In this document: piece after piece, positions 23,725 to 36,100 of the stretch
Position numbering within the stretch: position 1 is the stretch's first letter
How the letters are laid out: the number at the start of each line of letters is the position of its first letter
DNA from: Haliotis rubra
Taxonomy: Eukaryota
Assembly (NCBI RefSeq): GCF_003918875.1
Contig: NW_025767132.1
Span: 124,001 to 188,000, forward strand
Direction: 5' to 3'
Length of the DNA: 64,000 nucleotides
Notes under the pieces: model-generated
The model's database searches: none
What the model was told of the DNA's origin: nothing
The model's input: the letters and a program-made list of their open reading frames with translations, nothing else
Program-made: the position numbers and the translations under genes

Positions 23725-23975
23725 CCGTGAAGATCCGGGTTAGAATTGGTCTTCAGTAACCCATGCTTGTCGAAAGAGGCGACTAACGGGATCGGGTGGT
23801 CAGGCTCGCTGACTTGGTTGACACATACCATCATATCCCAATTGCGTAGATCGATGATCATGCTGTTGATCACTGGGTTGCCTGGTCCAGACTCCATTAC
23901 TTACAGACCGCCGCCATATATAGCTGGAATATTTCTGAGCGCGGTGTTAAACAACAAACCAACCAATCAACCAAC
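23725..23975 (+). mobile_element. SINE family 1, full length
   Basis: About 250 bp, CCGTGAAGATCCGGGTTAG... to an (AACC)n tail; highly similar to 35577-35821 and 59265-59502. Confidence 0.88.
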
Positions 23976-26021
23976 CCATGGTTCAAAATATCAAACACTG
24001 GTTTGTATAGCAGGACTATGATTATTTTGGCGTAAAACAACATTCATTCACTAACTATTAGTACGTCAGATAACTACCATCCGTAGTTTCAGTACTGCTT
24101 GGCGCCATCTGTAAACAAAGAACTTGATTTGTTGACGATAACACACAAACAGCAGTTTCGGGATCTATAGAGGAATCACATACCAGTGACTACAACGCTT
24201 ATATGCATGGCTACTCTGCAGTTGAAACAATAACATTTTCTCCTTCTCAAATGAATCGTCTTTGTTTCATAACACTAAAAGTTGTGTTCACATCTGAAGG
24301 TAATATAGACAAATTATGCTTCAATATTGGTTAAACTATTCGGTGGATCAGTTATGGCATCTCATCTGAATCAGGACCTGAATATCAAAGCAGTAAGCTT
24401 GGTGAACCGTGTCTATATTGGAAACCATGTTTATTTAGAAGCATTTATAACTTGCAATATACATTCAGCTAATCCGTGTTGTGATTTGGCATATATGCGT
24501 CTCCATACCATTTTCATTTGTCAGAGAACTCAAAGTTCAGGTGCTCTTAAGAGATAATCTCCTTTATCTTTCTCCACGAACCTCACAGGCATATACCACC
24601 GTTCATTACTGATCAACACAATCCCGTTCTTTCATATAATCAGCGGCATTACATTTCCAAATCATATTTTGGTAGATAAAAACCCAAGAATCGTGATGTA
24701 TGAATATTTAATGCTGATAAATACCACCGCTGCAACAACGGTCATGAACAAGGTGTGGTCCAGTCATGTTAGTGAACTGCAGGACAAGCTTGTCTTGGCA
24801 GTTTTGCGTTTTCTTTCAAGTGAGTGATCTTTTTCAACAAAACAGGAGACTGCACTGTAGGTTAAATATCTGAGACTGGTGACTGATGTAGAATTAAGGA
24901 TTAATGCTTGAAATGAAGCGAATTTACATAAAGATAATGGCATTCAAAATAAATGAGGTGCAAAAGAGAGGTGCATGCATACCTGCGTCGATGACGATTA
25001 CTCTTAATTGCAACTGTTAAGCTCGAGAATTGTCCGTTGGAAATGTACAACGTACAACCTGCACGCTTTTCGTCCTGTGAATCAGAGGCTATTCAGTTTG
25101 ACTTATTTAACAGCGTTTAACGCCACAGTGATCGATATCACCTCATATCAAGACAGCTGCTTGAAACTCAGTCAGACGAAATAGAGCATGAAAGAGTGAG
25201 CAACGACCAACGCAGTCAGCCTGTCACAGAACATGACCACCCGTTCCCCGTTTCACAACAAGCATTAGGAACTGTCGGACAGTTTGGACCCGGGATCGCC
25301 TGCGTGGTGTCTGAGACATAGGGAGTCAAGATGAAAGTTATTTTTTGTTCCTGACCTATTATTTCTCAGTACAAGTACATCTTAGTTATGCCGACTGTCA
25401 GACGAGAAATGTATTTGCTTTTACCACGAAAACACTCAGAATAATACACAATTCATAACGTTCTTCTTCTTTCATTTTCGGTGACAACTGTCAAAATGTT
25501 TTTTTTTACTTATTCCAGACAAATGTACCGTGAAATATTGTTGTATTGGTCACAGACATCAAGATAATGGCTAAAAGATATGGCGTTATCACTAAAGTTA
25601 GAATTATTCTAAAGCTCTTTTGATTACTATCATGCTCTGCCCAAACATTAACGCGTTGAAACCTGTACAAACCGTTTATCAAAGTGTGTCATGATAAATA
25701 TGCCTCACGCTGACACGTATCACGAAAACTAATATATAGTGATAAATAACACCTGGCACTGTATACAGGTCGTGGTTCGAACCTGTCCAAGGTCACATTT
25801 GCCTGCTGTGTGCTGTTATCATTAGACAATTGGTTGGTACAGCGGGGAGCTCTACGGCCTTGTTGAAACACCATAGGTCATGTCTTCAATCTGGCACAGG
25901 GGAGGGAATTTTACCTATATATGTACTAATGTCTGGCTAATCGTGTATAATCCGTACTCAGTGGAAACTTATTCTTCCGTTGCAAACGCATGCAACGTTT
26001 ACTATTCGCTACTATTTCCGA

Positions 26022-26187
26022 GGGGCGGTGGGGATAGCCGAGTGGTTAAAGCGTTCGCTCGTCACGCCGAAGACCCGGGTTCCATTCCCCACATGGGTAC
26101 AATAAGTGAAGCCCATTTCTGTTGTCCCCCGACGTGATATTGCTGGAATAGTGCTAAAGCGGCGTAAAACCAAACTCACTCACTCAC
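26022..26187 (+). mobile_element. tRNA-derived SINE family 2
   Basis: A-box-like TAGCCGAGTGG, B-box-like GGTTCCATTCC, body ATGGGTACAA..GAAGCCCATTTCT, tail GCTGGAATA..GCGGCGTAAAAC followed by (CACT)n. Confidence 0.85.
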
Positions 26188-27647
26188 ACTTTTCGACTTG
26201 TGACATCAGTTGTCACTTTTCATTAGAGATTCGTCAATCTCATTGTTATGTGTGTATCATTAAGATAGATATTTAATTCCACAACAGCACCGGCCTTAGG
26301 TAATAGGTGTTTTTAGTTGCAAATACATATCTCAAGGTATTTCTTCCTATATTTACTCATATAAGAGTAAAGCAAGGGTTAAAAACTACAAGTAAGGGTA
26401 CCTTTGTATAGTTATCACCTCGATTGCTCTCTGAATTTCCATCTCGATATTTATAGTGGTATAGATGATAACGGCCATTACAGTAACCACAGCGTGCACA
26501 TTCATTACATACAAAAATAAATATACAAGTAAGTATATATATTGACGGTATATTAGCTTTAATCTCAGATGTTTGTAAGCGCTGCTAAATAGTTGTTGCA
26601 AGACACCAAACGTCAGGTGCGCGCCTGAGGTCTTTTCCATTACATTGCGACATTATTTATAGGGGACTGTCTGAGTACCAATTCCCATAACTGTGCTTGT
26701 AGACCTCTGTACGTGTGGATCTTTTCCCCGTATATAAAACAGTTTAGTTTACATAAGTGGGACGTCGGTGCACGCTCCTATCAAAATGAGTTCAAAATTG
26801 GGGAAGGTTTCTGGTAAACTATTCATACTTTGCTTTGTACTACTCGGTGGGAGACATTTGAACAAATATGGTGACGAAATAACAATGAGTGTCCAGGCAG
26901 ACTTTCAACAAGGGTGATGTCTCATTCGCTGCTAGCCCGATTAGACATCTGGACGAGCTTCCACGGGAATAAGCTTACATGTCTCAGATTGGGGAAATCC
27001 ACCACTTAACCTAATTATATATAAATAATAATAATAAATGGGCATTTCTATTGTATATGCCTATTGATACACAGATGAAGACACGGCTTATGCTTGAATC
27101 TGTTTCTCTCCCGTATAATGTAACTGCTGTTTACACATTTATATGGTTCGTTTGGTTTCTGCTGTGTGTTATCAGGGATACTCTACAACCTTATAGAGTC
27201 TCCCTGGTGTTATTTACTGTTTCTTGAATGTCAGATGCGCTATCCAGTTTACTATCTTTATCGACTAAGAGAACAAAACAGAGAAAATTCATAATTATAC
27301 GTATTTTGTAGTTCAACTGTAATTTTGCTTATGGACACAAAGTCGCGGCGTTAACCCAGTATATAACGGCAATCGTACGGGAAGTAACTGATGTTCATTT
27401 GAGTTTTTCTATTCTTTATGTAGCAAAATCTTTTCTCTTCACATAACTGCAACTCTATTTAATGTCCGTGTATTTAAAGCTGACCGATACTTCAGGTTGA
27501 CTGATGGGAGTTTAAACTGTGAAAGGGATAATCGTATGTTGATCCTTATCAAAAAGGATTATACCCAGATATCGTCATCATTAGTTTCGTTGATATTTGG
27601 CAAGTTGTAAGCATTAGAAATATCTTCAAAAGATTTTTTAAAAAGTA

Positions 27648-27660
27648 AAAAAAAAAAAAA
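27648..27660 (-). terminator. Pol III oligo-dT terminator of tRNA-Glu
   Basis: 13-nt T run on the minus strand beginning 8 nt after the tRNA 3' end. Confidence 0.75.
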
Positions 27661-27667
27661 TATTACG

Positions 27668-27739
27668 TTCCATTGCCGGGAATCGAACCCGGGCCGCCTG
27701 GGTGAAAGCCAGGAATCCTAACCACTAGACCACAATGGA
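27668..27739 (-). tRNA. tRNA-Glu-TTC: tRNA-Glu (anticodon TTC)
   Basis: 72 nt, TCCATTGTGGTCTAGTGGTTAGGATTCCTGGCTTTCACCCAGGCGGCCCGGGTTCGATTCCCGGCAATGGAA. Perfect acceptor stem (TCCATTG/CAATGGA), anticodon arm CCTGG-CTTTCAC-CCAGG, intact A and B boxes. Confidence 0.96.
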
Positions 27740-28752
27740 TCGCTGAGAAAGGTTGAGGCAAAATAGTGTATCTATGACTTCGCCGTGCGCGGTAGCGATC
27801 ACTACGATAAGATGACTCATCTGTGACCAGCGCGAAACTGCATTCATAAAGGGAGGTAACCCCGTGCGGATGTAAACATCCGTGAGCGAAAACTGTGTCG
27901 CTGTACTTGACCCAGTCCGAGTCTTGGTTCTATATATCCACTCTACGCTGACGGCTCTTGGTTCAAGGTCCCACTTAATTTTATTGTGCATATCAACAAC
28001 ATAATTATTTTGCATGTGGAAAAGTTGAAAACCCACGCGAAAGGCCAATATCTTCCAGCGCCTTGCTTATGTCCAAATTACTCAGGTTTTTAATATCCAA
28101 CTTGCTGAACGTGGTGAACTGTAGTGCTATATGTTATAAACCTTTTCGTCAACCGACCACATTTCTCTACAGTAGTAACGCCCATGTCTTAAAAAACAAC
28201 AACAACAACGTGGTTTGTCGTTCAATATTCCATTCATTTCGACAACACACCAAGTATATGAATGTCAATGAAACAGGCAAGTGTGTTGATATGAGCTTGT
28301 ACATACTATGTAACTATGTAAGCTTGTATAACTATGTAAAATAACTGATTAATCATATCTCTCAAGATTATATTTACAGAGGCTGAGTAACAAACAATAT
28401 ATACAACACAAGTATATACATTTAATTCGGTTTGTCTACCGCTTATGACTGATTGACAATTGATTAACAATTTAATGAAGTTATCTAACAAATTAAGCCA
28501 AATCGTATATTTTAAGAATATGCAATATTTTCAACTAATTGATCTTAAACACAATAATTGGAATATTATTACATATTTAAACCTTCATAAAATGAAATCA
28601 ATATATAGTTTCTAAATACGAATGCATTTTTATGAAAATATATCGATTAACACAGACTGACTTATTTCGATACAGTATTGGCTATCAATAAGTAGCGTAG
28701 ATCGATGCTTGAATGTTGTAGCAGGACCGGTATATGGTATCGTGTCCAAACT

Positions 28753-31700
28753 TCACAGCATTAAAGCAGGAGGGCGGTTTGTGGGATCGTACTGTAGGGC
28801 TGCCTTCATACTGTCAGCCAGACTAGAGGTGATGGCACTGGTCTCTACAAACTCAGGCAACTCCACCGCTGTTTCAGCGTGCTCCACGACGGTGAACTCC
28901 GCACACTCGCCGATATATAGATCTTCCCCCGTCAGCAGATAGTAGATTATACAACCGAGGGACCACACGTCAGCCTTGATGGCAGAATACTGGCAAACAT
29001 TGCTGAGAACCTCGGGTGCCATATAGGCATATGTTCCTGCAGTGCTCGTCACATACATCTCCATTCCGCAAACCCCCCGGACGTTCTTTGCGCAGCCGAA
29101 ATCAGCGAGGATTGCCATGTTTCCTTCTATTAGGATGTTTGCAGGTTTCAAGTCTCTGTGGGCGATCATGTTGTCGTGGAGAAAGCCTACCGCCGTCTGG
29201 ATGTCCAGAAAAAGGCTCATGATATACTCAGAATCTCTGTGTCTGAAATGAAACGGAACAAAATATTAATGCTCTAAGGAGAAAGTTTCAGTGAGGTAAC
29301 GGCGCTCTGTACAATATTCCGTAAGCATAGCACCATAGCACACCCCTTCACGGGGGTGGAGGTATGACGCGATAGCACTAAAGCATTATTATCCATATCA
29401 TCATCATCATCATCATCATTATTACAGATGCGTGCTGTGGGAGGACAGTCCACACGTTACCACTTTGGTGAAACACACAAGAACGACATGATGTTTACAT
29501 ACGATATCAATAAATATGTAAAGAAGGCCCCATTATATACTCTTACAAAATGTAGGGAACTTCATTTTCAATTTACGATTGAAAAAAATGTGAGATATCG
29601 AAGTCAATCAATGTTGATATGATAATAATGTTTTGTGAGCGCATCACCACTTGCACTTTCTTATGACCATAGTTGTTTGTACAGTAATCGCTCTAGAAAG
29701 ATGATTGGCGTATGACGTTAAATTTGCATGTGTACGATTTTCATTTTCAACCCCAACGAATCCAAGCCAATATCAGATGTTTGGTTAACAAAACGAACTG
29801 GAGACATACAACAAATACACTCACACAATATCTACATCTTTGAGGCTACCAGAGGCTAGGTTCATGATGATGATTATCTCAGACTCGAGGTGAAAGCAGT
29901 CCAATAGACGAACGATGTTGGGACAGTTCTGTAGTGATTTGAGTATATCCACCTCTGTCAAAGCAAAGTCTACATCACCTTCATGCCTCACTCGTTTTAC
30001 GGCCACAACATCTAGTGTGTCCAGCTTCATCGCTTTGTACACCGAGCCGAAGGTACCCCTCCCAACTTGACACAGGATCTCGTACATGTCCCTGAAGTCC
30101 TCCTCCATCAACAATCCATGCTTCGTCTCTTTGAATGGTTCCCCTGAAGCCAGAGTTGGATCTGACTTAATTATAGTTGGCACTTGGCACAAGATCCTTC
30201 CTGGAGAGTTCTTGTTCAAATCGGATCTGTTTGCTTGATGTTTAATGGAATGAGATCTTTTGCACCATGTCGACCTGGGTGTTGAACTTCTGAAACTGAA
30301 GAAGGGATCCGAGAATCCATCTCTGTGACAGGATGACTTCGAGTCGGTGGTTGAGGACTTTCTGCTACTGTCACGTGACATGCCTTGTGTGGTTACAGGG
30401 GGAATAACCTCCCATCGTACAACTTGCTTTGGTTTGCGTCGAAACCAACAGTAACCTGAAATTATTAAATAAGTATAATTATTATTCTCCTTCAGTATAA
30501 CTTGTTGTATTATGAAACCATTCTTCAAAGAATTGCAGTTCAGTGTCAGTTCGTGTTTTATGTAGCAAAATCTATATCGAGCAAAAAGGACGAGGTGGGA
30601 TAACGGACCCGTTTGTCCCTCTGGAAATGTCAATTTGAGGAAAACTTATCAAATGTTTGATTAACACCGTTAGTTATATTTCAAGATATGTTTATATCAC
30701 TGTCAGACTGTTTGTCTTACACCTGCAAGTTTCGGGCTGCTGACGTGACAAATAAAAATGGCCGATTTTTCTACCTTGAAGAAAAATGTATGTGTTTGCG
30801 CTTCCTAGACCAGTGTTTAAAACAAGCGCCTGCCCGCAGACCAGCGACAGGTAGATTCACGGCCCTCATCACTTGCAGTAAAACGTGCATATTGATTTGT
30901 AAGAATTAGCTTCAGGGTATTGTGTAAGTGAGGACCTGAAGAGTTTAGTCAGGACGCGCAGCTCCTGTAAAGTCTGTGGGTCCTGGTGTCCGTGTGGCAA
31001 TTCGTATTATTTTTTATTTCATACACTGCCCGTGACCCAAGCAAAACTGTTCTACCAAATGTCATGTTTGCTGTGTTTTATCTATATTTCCTAAGAAAGC
31101 CACTTGACTGAAAGATTTGCTCCTGTTTCACTTTACATAATAATTTCTGAAGCCTATCTAGCTTTACGACACATTTAGCCTGAATTATTGTAAAATGTCT
31201 GATTCACATTCAAACGAAAATATGTGAAAACTTTCATAATGAGTTTTGATGGAGTTCCTCAATTCTTAAATTACTCATATCTCATGGTCTAAATTGGGAC
31301 TTTATTAAACCTTGGCCTTTGTCTACTATGTTAATCATTGATTTCTCTATTGAGGAGCCAGTTGACATTTAAAGAATATTTAGGGTCCAGAGTCCCGTTG
31401 TACATAGCGATCTTAGCGCTAAGGTGACCGTAACTCCTATAACTTAACGTAGACAGTTAAAACGCTGAGGTTGTTTGTACACAGGTACCTTAATATATGA
31501 TATTTTGCTGTGGGTAGTCGCAAAATATTAGTTTTAGACATCTACGAATTTAACACCAATCATGATGATGTATATTCTTTCTCCCTTAGAGGTTCTGCTG
31601 TGAAATTTTTATTTCGAAAGTAACGTTAAATAGGTAAAATATCTTTAATGCAAAACATCCTATATCAAACTAGGGCAAACACAAGCAAAGAACATAGTAT

Positions 31701-31882
31701 TGTATAATCTAACATCTTCGTGGCAAATTTTGGCAAACAAACAAACATGCCAACCAAAACCAGTATGGAGCATATGATCATGTTTCTAAATATTAAGTTT
31801 CAAATATTAATATTTTCTTACCTTTCCAGGCAACGTACGCTCCAGCGAGGAGTGATGAAGACGTAATCCACAACTCGACCAT
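28753..31882 (-). CDS. Ser/Thr protein kinase (393 aa) with predicted N-terminal signal-anchor helix
   Basis: Coding exons 31822-31882 (MVELWITSSSLLAGAYVAWK), 29825-30455 and 28753-29242; phases 1 and 2 fit; 1182 nt. All catalytic motifs present: GRGTFGSVY, VAVK, alphaC Glu (TEVDIL), HRDLKPANIL, DFG, GTYAYMAPE, DVWSLG, DPTNRP. A probable non-coding exon donor lies at 32072-32073. Subfamily not assignable by eye. Confidence 0.87.
31390..31490. mobile_element. Degenerate Harbinger-like MITE (kinase intron)
   Basis: Reverse-complement similarity to 1782-1885 (GTTGTACA..GCGATCTTAGCGCTAAG..GACCGTAACTCC). Confidence 0.5.
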
Positions 31883-32159
31883 CTCGTAGAATTAATGGTT
31901 TCACCCTTTCAACTGAAAATAGAGTTTATATGAACTTTAGTCAGTTAGTAAATCGCTCTCGTCAATTATTAACTTCTTATGCGACTAATATCGTTATATA
32001 GAAGTATTAATATGCAAACTGATATTTTGCCATAAGCAGCATAATTGAATATTTATATAAATGTCGTACTTACTGTCCACAAGTTAAGCTGTTCAACATG
32101 CTGGCTTTGTAATGAAGAGAAATGATTAACTGCGACTTTCTCATGTCGCTAAACACAGA

Positions 32160-32720
32160 GAATGGGATGACGTCATAGACAAACGTGATCTCGTCGTTTC
32201 TGTGACGTGAACGAGAGTGTCACTTTCCGTTCCCACATGCTACTGACACAAACAGGAATATTGTTTCACACACGCACGCTTACACGGACGCACGCATGCA
32301 TACACATACAAAATGTGGGCGACAGTACTTGATTTCTGACATCATTTCACGTTAATTTTGTTAATGGGAACATCAACGAGAAAAGATTTACTTGGTTCGC
32401 AAATGAAATACGATAGAATTTTGTAGTATAATTATTCATAGGTACGCTTTGATGGAAGCCCGAAAACATATAAATCTTTTCATCATCATAATTTCACGAC
32501 CAAACATCATAATTTTCACCTCCTGTACACGCATTTTATCATACCTTCAGCTTGGAAACAAGTGAAGGTTCAAGATGTAGAATTTGTGTCCAAAGGCACC
32601 GCAGTAACAATGATGGAGAGTGTGGGGGGGGGGGATGACTTATGTCATTTCATATTCCCGTCTGTAAAGACAATGCTGTGATGTCATAGACACTGCTATA
32701 TGAAGGTCATGACGTCATAT
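32160..32720 (-). promoter_or_regulatory. Kinase upstream region with CRE sites
   Basis: Perfect TGACGTCA at 32168-32175 and 32710-32717, plus near matches TGACGTGA (32203) and TGATGTCA (32679), just upstream of the putative non-coding first exon. Confidence 0.45.
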
Positions 32721-33183
32721 AGACAGATCCCGGTGATACGCGTGTCGTCAGCTTGTGATTTGGAAAGGCAAAGCCAGGCTCACAACACTGTGGTTGTCAA
32801 CGGACAAAATAAAATACACATAGAGAGAAATACTTTATTAAATTGAGTCGATTACATTGGGATCTTTGAGTTACAATGTGTGACTATCTTATAAATTGTC
32901 ATCGTATCTCTATAACGTCTGACTGCCTGACAAACAATCTAAGGGATATTTTTAGGTCATTTATAATAAGTTACCAAACATCGTTTTTCATATTATCCCC
33001 ATGCATTTCGGGTTATCACTTAACAATTATCAAATTCTATCTGCTCCTAAATTATTTATTTTCTGGTTTCATATTCAATTCCGATCTCAAACACATTGGT
33101 ATTCACCTATATTTCTTAAACGAACACACATAGATGTTTAATTACACTGAGTAATATACACGGTGGTATCAGTGCTGGCTGTC

Positions 33184-36100
33184 CTATGTCTCCTTCGTAA
33201 TGGTGAAGTTCATGCTTTTCTGGTCATACACCTTGCTATGGGGATGCTCGCTGAAACACTCGCCATTACACACCGCTGCAACATAAGATACACAGATCCA
33301 TATTACATCCAGATAATATACATCAGACTAAGAGCTACATTCCACACGGTGTATGCGTCTTTTTATATAATTGCAGGTTGTAAATATATATATATATTTC
33401 AAATAAATGCACTCCATCGAAACGTATGCAGATCATGAGTTACTGCAACATTTGTTTCTGCCTTTGGGTATTGCTCGATGAGTCCCTTTTACTTACACAC
33501 TGTGAGTGTATAGTTGCCGTGTTTCCAAGTTTCACACTTCTGTTTCTGGGGATGACAGTCGGGGGACTTCTCCGCCGACAGCTTCACGGCTGTGGGGTAG
33601 AAGCCTGGTGGTTGTTTCTGTATCAGGATACTGCTTGCTACAACCACAGATACGTGAAAATAACAGCTTTTTATCAGTAAAGAGAACGCAATTATAGAAA
33701 ATACGCTCTTTGGCGTGAAATATTTATTATAAGCGTAATCAAAATGGTCCGGATCGAGAGCTTTTTTAAAAAAAAATTTCAAAAGTTCTAATCCGAAATA
33801 GTATACACTGTGCACATTTTTCACCTTCCTGGATCCCCCGGTCCAACAAACCGATCTTGAGACAAGCGACCGTCGGTGCGTTATGTAGCTTTGTAGAAAG
33901 GTACCATGCTCCAGAAAGCCCTATGTATCTCCAGTATTTAAGTGATGTAGAGGGTAGCTCAGTTACGCCCCGCAGCTGTATCAGGTTGGTGGGTTCGAAC
34001 CAACGGTTTGTTCTTTGTATATTGCAATGTTTGTCATCACAATACCAGTTGTCGAGCATTTCATCAAAACAGAAAACGTCCAGGCATGCGTCCCTTTGAA
34101 CTACGCTCACATTCAGCTGGAGGTCAAATTAATGTTTGTCTTCGTTATGATCAGAAAAACACCCCACTGATGTTCATTTAGTCTAGGTATTGTTGTACTT
34201 TTCTAAAATGTATAATGTGTTAAATATGACCATGCTGACCCGGCCACAGACGGCCCGGGTATATACTCACACACAGGGAAATGGTCCACAGTCGTGATGT
34301 TGATGTTGATCTGACCTGTACCTGTGCCATTCGTTGAATTGTACGTGAAGCTTATAGTACGATCACCTATGCATAAAACAATTATCGTAAGATTGTAAGT
34401 GTATCATTGTTACCCGTAACATACAACCTGGATGTCATAAATTTCACTTTATTTCGATAAAAGGTTTTAGAAAAACATGGAGGTTGAAATTTACTATTTA
34501 TTTTATATCTGACGTACAAGATTTCGGACGAAAATCAATGGATGTGCCGAACTTCGAGGTGTAGAGGAGGGCAACAAATCAAACTTCATAATGCCTGTTG
34601 TAGAAATGACGAAATGGGCATAGTTTTTAAGGGCAAAGTAGGGCAAAGGTACCTGGGGGTCCTTTCAGCGGAAGGATGTTGAGCTCTGTCAAGGTCGCAT
34701 CTCCCTGGTCGAAGATCGGACACATTTTCGTCAGTTCGCAGAAGTAAATAGGATCTAAGTCTGCCCTGTTGAGGGATGCACACACGTCACATGCAAAGCT
34801 TAATGAATATTGTATTCATAGTCCTGCGTATTTCATCTCGTCACTGCTATGCTTAGTGAGATTGACGGCAACGTTGAAACAGTAGAGAATTTATGATAGT
34901 ATAAGATAAAACAGTTAACTGCAATTAACTGAAATTTGGATGTTTGTATGGACGTAAATATGTTGTATGTTTCTTCACGGTATGCTTACTTTGTGATAAA
35001 TTTGACGAAGTCTTCAATGCCGACAATGTCACACAGGATGTTACACACGGCGCCGATAGCTTGGCTCCCTGTCTTTTGCTCAACAATAGAGCACAGAACG
35101 CCACATGAATCCAGAAGACCAATATCTGCAGAATGATGGGAAGAAGCATGTTATAAAGCAGGATAAATTCTTACGCGGTAAGTTATGGACAGGCCATATC
35201 ACATATACCAATTATGTAGCAATGTGGCGACGATCAGTATAGTGTGCTTCTTCAGGAAGTGAGTTTTGGGTTCAGACGTACATTTTCTGAAAACAAATAA
35301 ATGGAAGTAACACGTTTGGTTGGGTTTAACGCCGCCTTTTAAGTTAAATCGCTGCTTTGCCCTTTGAATTAATCTAGTCTGGGCGATAAAACCCTGTACG
35401 TCTTGTACAAGGCCTTGTTTCACTCCGTTAAATGTCAGCGTCCGTGTGAGGCTGGTTAACAAGAAGTAAACTTTTACCATATTTGAACGTCTTTTGGTAT
35501 GGCCCAGCGGAGATATCACCCCGACATTCCCTCTCCGGACCGACCCTCTATCTGTTGGACCACATAAATACCTATACGTGAGTGAGTTTAGTTTCACGCC
35601 GCACTCAGCAATATTCCAGTTATATGGCGGAGGTTTGTAAATAATCGAGTCTGGACCAGATAATCCTGTGATCAACAGCATGAGCATCGATCTGCGCAAT
35701 TGGAAACCGATGACATGTGTCAACCAAGTCAGCGAGCCTGACCACCCGATCCCGTTAGTCGCCTCTTACGACAAGTATGGGTTACTGAAGATCAATATTC
35801 TAACCTGGACCTTCACGGGCCTAAATACCTATAAGCTAGTATAGGTGACTATATAAACATATGGTGAACTTACTAAGGATGATATCCATCATTATGTCAA
35901 TAGTTTCCTCCGTGAAGCTGATGCATGTCGGACAAAGGTCAAGGTCAACATTAACTTGGGGTTGTGGCATCTTCAGAATGGTCATCATGGTCTTCGTCGG
36001 ATTCTGCGGCATGTTGGCGGTCTGAGTCGACACCCGCAGCCCAGAGGCGGTCAATACCACACAGCTTAACAACGCCAGTACCTGTATTCAAGCAAACACG

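Noticed and set aside
26022-26100. tRNA-like sequences at the heads of 26022, 37084, 39211 and 61930
   Set aside because: No closing acceptor stem; they run into a shared SINE body and tail and several have TSDs, so they are SINEs rather than tRNA genes.
23980-27600. Possible fifth countin copy or other gene, e.g. ATGAACAAG|GT near 24744 and TATA plus ATG near 26731-26790
   Set aside because: No downstream exons with countin motifs or consistent splice phases were found by eye.
30456-30633. N-terminus of the 270-aa ORF as the kinase start
   Set aside because: Starts at a non-ATG codon in AT-rich intronic sequence; a good acceptor at 30456-30457 and an in-phase upstream ATG exon explain the gene better.
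35199-35723. 174-aa ORF and similar ORFs at 23685, 23746 and 59352
   Set aside because: Translations of SINE sequence; no protein motifs.
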